Source of the DNA: Octopus bimaculoides
Taxonomy: Eukaryota
NCBI RefSeq assembly: GCF_001194135.2
Contig: NC_068981.1
Span: 126,563,518 to 126,601,242 of the forward strand
Direction: 5' to 3'
DNA length: 37,725 nucleotides
Position numbers and translations under genes: made by a program. The first letter of the stretch is position 1. Each line of letters begins with the position of its first letter. Below, piece by piece: positions 1 to 11,621 of this stretch. The notes below the pieces were generated by a model that saw only the letters and a program-made list of their open reading frames with translations, ran no database searches and had not been told where the DNA came from.

Positions 1-90
1 TATATATATATATATATACATATATATGTATGTATGTATGTATGTATGCATGTATGTATGTATGTATGTATGTATGTATGTATGTATGTA
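1..90. repeat. (TA)n/(TATG)n microsatellite
   Basis: Directly visible tandem units. Confidence 0.95.
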
Positions 91-94
91 TATT

Positions 95-490
95 CTCATC
101 AATGTTTCTCATGTAATGAGGTCCTCCAGATAAGTGCACGAAACAATTTAACTATATAATTATCCGACCCGGTACATCCACTGCACTCACTCGTCTGCAG
201 AAAAATATACTCTGAAGGGTCAGTCTGGAAATATGAGTTATTTCTGCAACTCATGCTAAAAGAAATCTTGCCAAAGCCCTTGAATTTCATTGTGTAATTT
301 TTGTCGATGCAGACCACCACTAACTTCCGCGGATTCTGCTTTTTTGCATTTTAATTTATGGATATATTTTAGTTGGATTCATTTCATAAATTCAGTATAT
401 TGAATAAGCTATTCTAGATTTAAAACAGTTCTGTGCATTTATTTTTTGTACAAAGTGTGCTCTTTTTATGAAAAATTTCGAAATTCTTCT
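95..490 (-). mobile_element. Degenerate Penelope-like RT fragment
   Basis: Homologous to 2580-2930 (shared blocks such as aaaacagttctgtgcattt, ctgcagaaaa, tgaagggtcagtc). Minus-strand translation gives AQNCF and KNYTMK blocks matching the 2140-2940 copy, with many stops and frameshifts. Confidence 0.55.
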
Positions 491-1299
491 TCAAAATTTA
501 GGCGTTTATTGTTGATATTATCTCATAAATGACTGGATGGCGCCTAACTTTCATCTTTCTTGCCAGTTAAATTATTACCGGTTAATTTAACACTAATTAC
601 AATATAACCCATGATAAAATATAATCACAAACCTTGGAAATGAAGTGAATACACTCATTTTGTTGTTGCAATTTCCAGACAGTATGACTATAAGTGTTAA
701 TACAAAACTATAATTGTATATAAGAAACGCATATATTTATTATAACTAAACTTTGTTCAAAGAAATCTTCGAGGTGCGTTAAGAGTTAATATTTAAGCTT
801 AAAATTATAAAAACTTAGCTTCGTCTGTTGTGATTTAGTTAAATCCACTACAGTTAAGGCTCAGAACCAAACGTGAATGTTTTGGGCAAGTATTCAAAAT
901 AAACAGCAAGCGATGAAATACGCAATGGGAAAAATTAATGAAACAAGTAAGTTGAGGAAATAAGACATTTTGTGAAAACATTTTCAATTGTGTAAAAGAA
1001 ATACATAAATTATAGCCATCCCCCCCCTTACGAAATTGTTACTGTATCTATTGTAAGTTACACAAAGGATAACCTAATAAGAAATATTATTGTTAGAATT
1101 TAAATGATTAACAGAAACATTTAGCTAAAGAATTCATGAATTCATATTGCTGTAGGTAAATCAAATTAGATTAAAATACAGCATCATTTAAATAAATATA
1201 TTTTGAGTCAAAAATAGACTGGTTTTATTTGCACTTGGTAACGGGCTTCAATAGGAAACATACGTTTCAATAAAAAATAAAACAAGTGAACAATTAATT

Positions 1300-1565
1300 G
1301 CATACATATGGTGTGTGTATATCCATCCATCCATCCATCCATCTATCCATCCATCCATCCATACATACATACATACATATATACATACACACACATACAC
1401 ACACAGACATATATATATATATATATGTATGTATGTCTGTATATAAGTATGTATGTTTGTATATATATGTATATAAGTATATATGTATATATATATATGT
1501 ATAGAGGTATGTATATATATGTGTGTACGTATATGCATTGCATATATGTATATATGTATGTATAC
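1300..1565. repeat. Compound microsatellite (ATCC/ATAC/CA/TA/TATG)
   Basis: Visible tandem units; source of six spurious ORFs. Confidence 0.95.
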
Positions 1566-1954
1566 CAGAATACAATACTAAGAATATTCATAGAAACACA
1601 GTTGTATTTATCTAACGACTTTCTATGTCACCCTTTTAAAAAGAAAATATAGAGGAAAATGACACTTATCTAATTCTTTAAATATGCTTACATGTAATCA
1701 ATTGTCTCTAATTTATTTTAGCTGAAAATTCTTCAGATAATTAGCTAATAATATTGATTTCTTGTAGTCTAGGTCTTATATTTTAGGAGATCCGGTGCAA
1801 CCCACAGCTTCAGTGGTCCAGATGTACGTTGCTGTGGCTAGGTGAGGATCACATGCACACTTGTGCTTTTGTGGTATGCAGTGCACTATCACCGTTTAGT
1901 TGTACTCCTTTTTTCAACATTGTCCAATATATTCCCATATTCTCGTTTTTTTTT

Positions 1955-2115
1955 TAACCCAATTCAGGTCAGCTGAAGCAGACCTATCACCAAAGGCATT
2001 CCAGTAGCAAACAATCCAAATTTTTATTTATCACTCACTGCATTATTATCCAATACACCCTATTTTCTCTTTTCCAAGACGGTAGGGTGTGATTTGATGA
2101 AATGTTAAAGTTACT
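1955..2115 (+). mobile_element. Interspersed repeat family C (degenerate, SINE-like)
   Basis: caggtcagc..gaagcagaccta..aaggcattccag..cattatccaat..aagacggtagggtgtgattt is shared with 13525-13690 and, reverse-complemented, with 12205-12300 and 19588-19755. Confidence 0.5.
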
Positions 2116-2139
2116 GTTTTAATACATTTATCTCTGGAT

Positions 2140-2940
2140 GTGCGTATTCCAGTACAACCTTTGAGACTAATGATGCTTGTGTGCATATGATATTTGAATT
2201 TGTTCGGAATGGGTGGTAAAAATAGTAGTTTTAGGGTGGTCTAGTAGTAGTATTCTGAAGCATAACAAAAGAAATTAAGTTTTTGGTGTGGTTGAACATG
2301 TCTCGGTAGGATCTGTGTGAATTGGTGTTTACTGTGAAAAGAGAACATGCCCTTTACAAGTTCAGGTGATCTTTTGTTTTCAACATTTTGGTTTAATAGG
2401 ATAGGTGGCGGTTATGTGGTGGGGTGACCTGTGCACACTGTGTGCTGAAATGATGAACAATGTTTGTATCCTTTATAATTTGTTGTGGAGAGATTACTGA
2501 CTCTGGCAGACAAGACATAGTCCACGATCAGATCTGGGATGTTTGTGCAGAAAACTTTCTTCGCTTCAACCAAACGGATGTCTGTGGCCCTGTACACTCA
2601 CTGCTCCCACTCATCTGCAGAAAATATACTTTTCAAGTTGAAAATTTTATTTTCCATAAGATGAAGGGTCAGTCCAGAAAGGCCACTTGTTTCTACAGTC
2701 CATTCTAAACAAACTTATCCAAGCCCATGTATTTCATTGTATAATTTTTGCCGACGCAGCCCACCAGTAATTTCATCGGATTCAGGATTTTTTACATTTT
2801 AATTCATGTACCCATTTTAGTTGGCATCATTTCTCAAATTCAATCTAGTGAATAAACAAATCTAGCTGTAAAACAGTTCTGTGCATTTAGTTTTATCCAA
2901 GGTATGCTCTCTTCATGAAAACTTTTGAGACATTTCTAGG
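2140..2940 (-). mobile_element. Degenerate Penelope-like RT and linker
   Basis: Manual minus-strand translation gives, in PLE order: KLNAQNCF, MPTKMGT, LVGCVGKNY, FLD*PFILWKIKFST (YIDD-like), FSTQCAQV..RHLSYP (RGYP-like), LLLDHPKTTIF. Multiple stops and frameshifts. Confidence 0.65.
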
Positions 2941-2944
2941 AGAG

Positions 2945-3095
2945 ATGGTGCGGCGAGTAATCTAGTAGGTAGAGTGTTCCGCTCAAGATCATAAGTTTGT
3001 CGGGTCAGTTCCTGGAAAGGGAAGTGGACTGTGTCCTTGGCCAAAACACTTTATTTCATGTTACTTCAGTCGACAGAATCGTAAATGTGTGCCGG
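2945..3095 (+). mobile_element. Degenerate tRNA-derived SINE head and core
   Basis: A/B-box-like segments followed by gtgtccttggccaaaacactttatttca, matching ttgtgttcttgagcaagtcactttatttca at about 29590-29621 and the family D core. Confidence 0.55.
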
Positions 3096-3542
3096 TCAAA
3101 TGCTGTGCTATTCTCAGTTTATTTATTGTATGTTGGATGTTTCATTATAAAATGCTAGAAAACTGCTGAAATGATGATCAGACGAAGAAACCTCAACAAG
3201 TAGAAACGGTCAAAGAAACTCGCGGCCCAACACTTCACGATGACGAAAGCAATAATTTAGCAATAAACAAACTTTTAGCTTTGTGCAAACCTTGGTGTTA
3301 TGCAATATTTTACACAAATGCTATTACATATGTTATTTATTAAAACATGACATACATCATATTTCACAAGCCACAACAGTAACAACGACGATATGAATCG
3401 GAAGTGACGTATCATTATTCTGGCCGTTCTCAACACCACAATTCCACTCATAATGTATTGACAAATTCTTGCACTTCACACACAAAAATAAAAGTATTCA
3501 AAATAAAACCAACATCACAAAACGCAGGCGTACCTTCTTTCT

Positions 3543-3674
3543 NNNNNNNNNNNNNNNNNNNNNNNNNNNNNNNNNNNNNNNNNNNNNNNNNNNNNNNNNN
3601 NNNNNNNNNNNNNNNNNNNNNNNNNNNNNNNNNNNNNNNNNNNNNNNNNNNNNNNNNNNNNNNNNNNNNNNNNN
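3543..3674. other. Assembly gap (other gaps: 15000-15121, 17349-17382, 18402-18411, 34408-34602, 35573-36544)
   Basis: Runs of N. Confidence 0.99.
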
Positions 3675-3707
<33 letters not shown>

Positions 3708-3733
3708 CTTTATTTAAAAGCAGCAGAAATATA

Positions 3734-3785
3734 ACAAAAAACTGTTACTCGGAGTTTCACGTTCCCGTTCATCGGACAGTTTTGT
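3734..3785 (-). ncRNA. Minimal type I hammerhead ribozyme motif (PLE-type)
   Basis: Minus strand reads AAAACTGT-CCGATGA-ACG GGAA CGT-GAAA-C TCCGA G-TA-ACAGTTTT: 8-bp stem I, 3-bp stem II, minimal stem III, GUA triplet, U4C core variant. Confidence 0.7.
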
Positions 3786-6493
3786 TAGCCCATTTCTAAT
3801 GTATATATATAATTATAATAAGGGCAACTACTGAGTAGTGCCACATGCTAGAAGTAGACACCAAATGGCTCTAAAACTACTTTATTTATCACATAGATAC
3901 AGGCCAAAAGTGAGGGAAATGAACAAAAAAGGACATAATTATAAGCATTTATACATACCATACGAACACAACATATCCACAGTACATATACTAATGCTCA
4001 CATTAATATACAAATTAAATTTAGTTCACTCATCTCAGCCGCGTATGAATAACCAAAATAATTCAGCAGCGAATAAGTCGGTTGAAGTGAATTCATATTT
4101 ATCATTATAATCTAGGATAAAATCTATATAGGATTTTATCAAGTAGCTAGCATTTAATAAACCATTTAGGTAAAAAATTAATATGAAGTATTTAATTTCA
4201 TAAATATAATTATAACAAGAGCACTCAATGAGCGCAAACCCCCACCAAGGCAACACCAACGTCCTCTCAGCGATTAGCCAGAGATTATGGTCACGTAATA
4301 ACAAAGAACATCGGTTGTCAAGTGATGGGGGGAGGTAACTATGGAAGGAAGATTCCGGGGACACTGGGATACTCATATGATGGGGAATTTTGCTTGGCCA
4401 TTCACCGTGATTGTCCTGCGACACTTCACATCACAGGAAGTCTCTGGAACGCCACTTTCGTAAGATAACTGAGTACATGAAAATTATATCAATGATAACC
4501 TTCTACTGTTGTTTCACTATCATTCAATTCTATGGATATAATTTAATCATAAATAACCATATTTTCCTTGTATTAAACTATTGTTTATCGAAAAGGCAAC
4601 AATACCGATTTGTATAACAATTTAATATATCTCAATAAGCAGAGCAGATGGAGGAAATCTGATGGCATATTTAAAATCACCAACTAAAATTTACTTTAAA
4701 AGATGTCGAAAAACTCAGGCAGCAAATTCTGTTTCCCAATGTAATAACTTGTTAAAGTCATGGGACAAGATTTTATATTAAAACTTATAGCTTTAAACTG
4801 TCGTGAGCTTTCACCAAGGGGCATAAAATTTTCCTTCAAGTATGTATTCTCTTCGTTTCCCGTTATCACGTAAGAGGGATAAGTTTCATTTAGATACAGT
4901 CTAAAACGATAGTGTAGAAGTAGTACCGTATCCAAACATGTTAGTAATACTCGAGCGTAGAATCTTCTTGAAATGTATTTTTGTTTCTTTGAGTTGTCTT
5001 TCGGGCAATTTAGTATCTGTGAAATTGCCATTAGGGATCATCAGTGAGAGTTACATGTGGAGTTTGTAGTGAATTTGATAGTTTTAACTGTGTCGTTTAG
5101 GAATAACTGAAGTTGTAATAATATACAACTATTTTCTTTATGTGTGTAGCGACTGTACGTGTCTTCGAAACTAGGACGTCATGTCCACTGTGATGGAAAT
5201 TCATGAAGAGACTGAAGGTTTTACATAATATGTAAGGCTGGGATGTGGATGACGCCTGTAATAGGTTAAATGTGAACGAAGAGTTATATTTGAATTGTTA
5301 CCCCAAGTACTCTTGTATTATTGATTTCAATACGACTAGTAGTTTTGATTTCTCAAGATTTGAAGATATAATTTGAAATATTTGAAGCTAATATGGTTTG
5401 ACGTTATTGTCAGAATAACTTCTGTTCAGATTGAACCATTAATATTTTAAGGAAGAAACTTGATTAAAGATCTGCGGAAGAAAGTTCACTGTAATTTGGT
5501 AAGGGAGGAAAAGGAATGAGAAAAGGGTAGAAAAAGGAATTAGCAGCATAACAAGTAACAAAGTAGTATAACTTACTCAGATTAATCGTTTGTGGTGGGA
5601 GGGAGATTATTTTAGAAAAAAAAAGAATGGCTTCCCTATAATTTATTCTGAAAATCATTACAATATTATAATAGAGTTAATGGCAACTAACGTTTCTATG
5701 AAATTTTGATGGATTTTTAAAAATGGTTTTTATTAAGTAGCATTGCTACTTGAATAATGACAGATGACAATTGTCAAAAGCAGAAAAACTATTTCCTTGA
5801 GAAAACAAAGGATTAAGAAAAAAATGATTACATTATTTAGTATTATACACAGATGGCATGGTTTCCTTTAAATAATAAGGTAATAAACCTGTTTTTGTAT
5901 AATGTGAAAAAAGTACTTGAGAGATAAGGAGTGAAATTGACATGTCTAATAGATTTAAATTTATTTGCGGAAAGCACGTGACATTTTGTTGCAGTTGTCA
6001 TTATTGCTACCGTCAAGTTATTTTCTTCTCAAGACGTAATTAAAACAAGCTCTGATATTAAGTAGAACATGTTCAAAATTGGAGGTTTGAGCTGTATTTA
6101 TCATCGTTATCTAAACATGGGTGAGAGTATTCGATATATATTACATTTGATGCTCAACATTCCAATAAAGTTATTAAATCTTATTGGAAAGCAAACTTGC
6201 AGTCAATGCCTTTACACTAGAACCCACTAAAATTAAACTGATACCTATTTTAAATTAACCGAATTGTGTTGTTTAGAATAAATTTCGCAAAGTTCTAAAT
6301 GCCTGCGCAAACATTTTAATCTAACTTGGTTTCTTACCGGAAATAGTGAGGTTGTGTTTGAAATTTCAACATGACTTTTGTTTATATAGACAAGCAATCT
6401 TTTTCATGAATATCCGCTAGCTTTTGATTTTATTTCTTTACTTAATAGTATTTGATAAAATAAAACACAGTCATTTTGATAAAATACACTTAC

Positions 6494-6526
6494 CTCCTGC
6501 TTGCTTAGTGTATGCTGCTTTATTCC
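6494..6526 (-). CDS. Candidate 33-nt micro-exon (unverified)
   Basis: Minus strand ACTCTCTCAG|GGAATAAAGCAGCATACACTAAGCAAGCAGGAG|GTAAGT; open in two frames (GIKQHTLSKQE or NKAAYTKQAG). Confidence 0.3.
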
Positions 6527-6630
6527 CTGAGAGAGTTTACTTTTGTGTCTAGAATTATTGATAAAAATGTTTATACATTACTGGATTGTTTAGCCAATCA
6601 TCTCCCTTCCACCTTACTTTTCATTCAAAG

Positions 6631-6674
6631 AAAAGCAAAGAAAATCTGCGTCGAGCAACCAAAAGATTGACAAG
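6631..6674 (+). CDS. Candidate 44-nt exon (unverified)
   Basis: Long pyrimidine tract ending ttcaaag, donor AAG|GTACAC; open as KSKENLRRATKRLT or KQRKSASSNQKIDK. Confidence 0.25.
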
Positions 6675-7114
6675 GTACACTGAATGCTATATTTACAGAC
6701 CACTTTGTAAATACATGCGAAGCTTTATAAGTGGAAAGATTTGTATAAAAAATATATGCTAATGTTTGTATAAATGCATGTATGCATGGATCAGTTAACA
6801 TAGTTTTGCTAAAATGCTATTGTTTGTTGAAACACACCTGGAGATAAAAATACTTTCTTATAAACATAGTCATTTATAACTATTACACCTGTGTACTGTC
6901 TCCGATTATTATCGCTAATGTTAATAGCATGTGCTACATAGTTCTAAGATGAAATGCGTAAATAATAAAATTTTCAAAGTATCATCATATAAGTTTCACA
7001 TTGCTGTAATACTTCGTTCAGTATATTGTATAGATAATTATATAAAGATATTAACATATTTCACAAATATTTAAGGAAATCAAAGATGCAAAAGAATGGT
7101 TATATGATTTAAAA

Positions 7115-7273
7115 GGAATAGCTGTGCAGTTAAGAAATTAGTTTCGCCAGCAGATGGTTTCAGGTTCAGCCCGGCTGTGACGCACTTTAGTCAAGTGCCT
7201 TCTTTTATAGCCTTGGGCCCATCAACGGCTTGCGAGCAAATTTGGTCGACGAAAAATGTATGACGCCTGTCAT

Positions 7274-7304
<31 letters not shown>

Positions 7305-7520
7305 TATGTGCATGTGTGTGTACGCGCGCTTCTTTGAATTTGTACTCACCCCCGCTTGACTACAGATCTTCGTTTGTTTATGATTCAGTTACTTAAAGGT
7401 TCCGCAAATAGAGAATTTGTACTAGACTGAATATATGTACTGGATTTGATTTGACTACCTAAACCTTCCAATGCAGCACTCCAGCATGGTCGCAATCCAG
7501 TGACTGTAACAAGTGATATA
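7115..7520 (+). mobile_element. SINE family A (tRNA-derived, internal (CA)n)
   Basis: Head gctgtgcagttaagaa..caggttcagc and tail gcactccagcatggtcgcaatccagtgactg are homologous to 24477-24941, 29050-29488 and 34240-34835. Confidence 0.8.
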
Positions 7521-7544
7521 ACAAAATTATAGTTATTACTATTA

Positions 7545-7551
7545 TTGTTGC

Positions 7552-7582
<31 letters not shown>

Positions 7583-7600
7583 ATTATTATTATTATTATT
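7545..7600. repeat. (TTG)n(TTA)n microsatellite
   Basis: Visible tandem units. Confidence 0.95.
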
Positions 7601-7849
7601 ACGCAAGATAAGCATCAAAATCTAAGAATAACTTTGAATTACTAATACTAATTTCAACAGCAGTAATACAGTTAACATTAAACTTTACGTTACGTTCTTC
7701 GTGCATTAGACTCAGAATCATTCATCACAAATAGAATTACCTCCTTACATTATTTAACAAAGTGGGAGTTTTAAATAAAATTTATTTTGTCGTTGCACAC
7801 ACTTAAAATTGTATTAGTTTTATGATTTTTAAAACTCCCTTCCAGTATT

Positions 7850-8400
7850 TAGACATTATCTACCGAATGCAATACACCACAAAATTAATCAAACCAGACG
7901 AGTCAATAATAGATGATAGTCAACCAGAAGTACATTTTTATTCTTGTAAAAGATCCAAAATTCAGTTCTCTTATCGAGCATTAGATCCACAGGTTGTCGT
8001 AACAATATCCACATGGGCAGTCTCATTGTATGCTCATTGGTCTGAAACGGTCAGAGTCATTTTCATGCTTTTAATTTGACAGAAGTTTCTGCGTCTAGTT
8101 GTTGTTGGCTTTCAACTTTATCTACTTCAGAAATTAGACATAGTGATTTGTTTTTACTGAAGCCGCCAACTCCACTGCCAAAATGGAAGTTTGCCATATG
8201 TTAACAGGAATAAAGATTAACCAAAACAAATATGTGAGCATACATCTCGACACTTAGATATACAATTCTATATCGACTGCATGATTCTGTCATAAGCCTG
8301 AGGGTGGTGAATCCCACCAAGATAAGGATGAAAGTCCTATTTAGAAAGCGTTTACTGCTTCGGTGGTGACTACCACTTGAGATAGGAACTTTCTTACAAG
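7850..8400 (-). mobile_element. Possible highly degenerate LINE (L2/CR1-like) 3' region
   Basis: Weak translated resemblance only (VDKVESQQQ, AYNET versus the LE.VQRR and SY.ERL motifs). Confidence 0.25.
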
Positions 8401-8435
8401 AAAACATTTGACTACTATAATTGTCTGACGAGAGT

Positions 8436-8586
8436 GAGAGAGAGAGAGAGAGAGAAGAAGAAGAAGAAGAAGAAGAAGAAGAAGAAGAAGAAGAAGAAGA
8501 AGAAGAAGAAGAAGAAGAAGAAGAAGAAGAAGAAGAAGAAGAAGAAGAAGAAGAAGAAGAAGAAGAAGAAGGAGGAGGAGGAGGAG
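8436..8586. repeat. (GA)n(GAA)n(GGA)n polypurine tract
   Basis: Visible tandem units; gives the spurious poly-Leu ORF on the minus strand. Confidence 0.95.
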
Positions 8587-8636
8587 AGAAATAGTTACAA
8601 GAGAGGATGAGAATGATGAAGGGAAAAAGACAGAAT

Positions 8637-8723
8637 ACATTATTTATATTATGGGTATATGGCGTAGAGGTTAAGAGCGCGGGCTGCTAACCCCACGATT
8701 CCGTGTTCGATTCTAGGCAGTGA

Positions 8724-8761
<38 letters not shown>

Positions 8762-8942
8762 TCGAAAAATACCTTAGGAATGAGAACCCAGGATCGAAAT
8801 TTCCCCAAGACACCTGATGAAGGCTGAAGGGTATATCAGCCGAAACGTTGTGTTAACAACAAACAAGATGAGGACAAATATCCGTCAATTGTAAATAATA
8901 CAAATAATGTACATAATTCCTCATCTCTTAAATATAGAACTG
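8637..8942 (+). mobile_element. tRNA-headed SINE-like element carrying a hammerhead ribozyme, flanked by a 12-bp TSD
   Basis: AAAAGACAGAAT at 8625-8636 and 8943-8954; A-box-like tggcgtagagg, B box gttcgattc (8705-8713); (AAT)n 8728-8759; HHR 8809-8854; no T4 run in the body. Confidence 0.8.
8809..8854 (+). ncRNA. Minimal type I hammerhead ribozyme motif
   Basis: GACAC-CTGATGA-A-GGCTGA agggtata TCAGCC-GAA-ACGT-T-GTGTT: canonical core, 6-bp stem II, loopless palindromic stem III (ACGT), GUU triplet, 5-bp stem I. Confidence 0.75.
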
Positions 8943-9375
8943 AAAAGACAGAATGTTGACACCTGGAATACTTCTCCACCAAAACATTGAAACATACTTA
9001 TCGTGTACTGTTTACTCATATACTCTATCTAGATTTAGAGGAATACAAAGATAAAGTGATGCAGAGATAATCGTCTCTGGGACACATGGTTCTCGTTCAT
9101 CAATTTTGTTCGAGAAGTTAAATTGGACACCAACTTTATTAATATCACCTAGTTATCCTATCCTTCTCTTCCAATCTAGTGGAGATTGAAAAGGTTATGA
9201 GTTTTCCTGCTCTTCGCCTCTTCCATTTACGTAGAAAATCAATTTGTCTAGTATTAGTAAATAGATAAATAAAGTGAATATTTACACCAATTTTGGAAGG
9301 CACGAAACTCACATTAAGCGATTTATTTGAGTTGATAAAAAATTCAACAAATGATTCGGCAAAGCTTCGTTTCAG

Positions 9376-9517
9376 GCTGAAATAGGTAGATTAAAAAATA
9401 GAAATGCTATTTTAAGAACACAAGTTGCAGACTTAATGACAGATAGTGTTGCTACATCCTATCCAAGTATATTAAGTTTGAGTAACAAAAAACTATGTTC
9501 CGCCAAAACAGCTCAAG
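9376..9517 (+). CDS. Candidate internal exon encoding a leucine-zipper/coiled-coil segment
   Basis: ttcgtttcag|GCT...CAAG|GTAAAA; 142 nt open as AEIGRLKNRNAILRTQVADLMTDSVATSYPSILSLSNKKLCSAKTAQ, with heptad a/d positions I-L-N-L-V-L. Confidence 0.4.
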
Positions 9518-11562
9518 GTAAAAAGATTTCAAGTATTGCATAGTTCTGCAAGTGGCTTAGCAGATTAGAAAGCAAACTGAACAGAATATTTTGTTCTAAA
9601 CATACTTTTACGAAGCAAAAATTTCCATAAAAACAAATATTAATTTGCTGAATTTAACAAGCAAAAAACAGCTGCTATTTAATTGGTTGGCTTGTTGCTA
9701 TAGAAACAGCTAGATTAATTGTGCTGATACTTAACAAAATTATCGGAATTTTCATTCTAGTTAAGTTGAATTGTGCTATCAAAAACCAAATCTGTTCTCT
9801 AATGTCTTCTTTGTTCAGCCAGTCTGAGTCTTTAAAATGTGCTTTCAAAACAGAAAATTTTATAACAGTAAATGTATTTCACAAATATTACATTCTAAAA
9901 TAGTCACAACTTAATAAACGTATCTTGAAACAGAAATGAGACATTCTTTTGCGCAAATGTTAATTCACTGAATATTTGATTTTTTTTTTTTTTTTCGAAG
10001 AATTAAATTGCTACCATTTTCATGACAAAATATATTTGGTTGTATCGAAAATTTTAGAAATAAATCAGTAATCGGATATATGATGAGCCCAAAAGAACAT
10101 CCTTCTCCCAGATATTGTACTAAATATCTGCTAATAAAAATACTACCTCTCTAAGGATACACTTCAACAATTTGTATATTATCCATAGGTCATTCCTAGT
10201 TTAGCAGTTTTACAGTCAATGGTGTTCTAACCATAAGCAAACTGTTTTTACTTACCAGACGCTGTCTTAAAACTTTACGATGTAATATGAAGGAAAGGGA
10301 GGTGTGACTTATCTAGAAGATCCTAAAATATTTCTAAGAGATTTTAGAAATAATTATTACCTAGAAATCTGGACTGAAAAGTTGGAAGCGATAGACTATC
10401 AGATTTTAATGACATTTCATCGTGTGTTGGTACAACGCATAACGTTATATTTCTCATTTATCTTTAGCACGTATTTAACGTACATTTTTGTCGTTATCAC
10501 ATGCAGTTGTTGTACACGCGGGACACAATGTCTTGAAAATAGTCATTAAATGAATAAATAGGAGTTAAAATTATCTTGGAGTTCTGGCACGTCTCATCTA
10601 AGAGGTTGCAGACTTCAAGACAGGCTTTTAACAGAATTACAGATTCCAGAAAAAATTTAGGCGCTAGTGTTATTCTAACTCAACACATAAATGTAATTAG
10701 AAACGTTATTTGTTCTTACGAAAGATCAAAATGCCAAAGTATATGGCTTCGTTAATTAATCTACTATGCACAAAGCAGTCTTTTTACCTAAAGTAAAAGT
10801 ATGACAAGTTATACTGCACGTAAAAGTATAAGTTTTAGCTGTCTGATACAAATGAAAAATGTAAAGAAATCTTTTAAAAATCTTCATGTGAGTAGAAAAG
10901 AGAGATCTGCCCAACCGGTTTCATTCCTACATGAATAATCTCTTTCAGCAGAGCGCCAGAACACACACACATATAGATGCACGCACGCAAGCACGCACAC
11001 GCACACACACTCACATACACACACATTCACATACAAACATATATTCACATACACACATATTTGTTTCTAATCATACATAGGTCAGGACCAATTTCATCAC
11101 AGAATAATAGAAATCTGCTACATGTAACCGTTTAATCCAGAACTACTTGCAAATCATCGAGTGGTCAGCGACTGTACTAACTCCCTGCTGGACTTAGTAG
11201 ACAGGAGGGTGTGCGAGCTACCAGCAGGATTAGAAAACACACTCTTTCAAACGCAGGTGGCTGCCCTGAAAGCCAACAGCATCCATAACCCGGAGAAGAG
11301 ATTGCCCATCAAGATTACCAAGCCGAATGAAACACTTGAATAAAAGTTACACAAATATCTAATTCGATTATGGACCGATACAGAAGCTGAAGACCGAGGT
11401 GGAGGGAAAGACTGGTAAAAAGTTTAATTGTAATGACAATGACTTAACTAACAAGGAATTCACTAAACCAATATATCCGATTTGCATAAATAGCGCTCCG
11501 CAGACAGTTAAATTAACTAAATACTAATGTGCAAAGAAACCTACATAGAGTATTCTCTATCG

Positions 11563-11621
11563 TATGTATGTATGTATGTATGTATGTATGTATGTATGTA
11601 TGTATGTATGTATGTATGTAC
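11563..11621. repeat. (TATG)n microsatellite
   Basis: Visible tandem units. Confidence 0.95.

Noticed and set aside
1248-1652. ORFs rich in YI/HT/CV/SL/poly-L/poly-N here and at 8341, 13137, 18716, 22443, 23190, 27234-27852, 28206 and 32160-32721
   Set aside because: Translations of microsatellites; no coding signal.
3176-3215. HHR-like gatcagacgaag...gaaacggtc
   Set aside because: The core is altered (AGACGA) and stem II is broken; at best a decayed remnant.
4215-4450. GC-richer block that may be an interspersed repeat
   Set aside because: No second copy, TIR or TSD visible in this window, so it cannot be classified.
4990-5048. Minus-strand CTGATGA...GGCAATTT/AAATTGCC-CGAAA
   Set aside because: An 8-nt gap separates the core from the stem, and stem I cannot form.
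8655-8725. tRNA-like sequences here and at about 14770-14836 and 29519-29590 as true tRNA genes
   Set aside because: Acceptor and T stems do not pair properly, and each continues into a SINE body.
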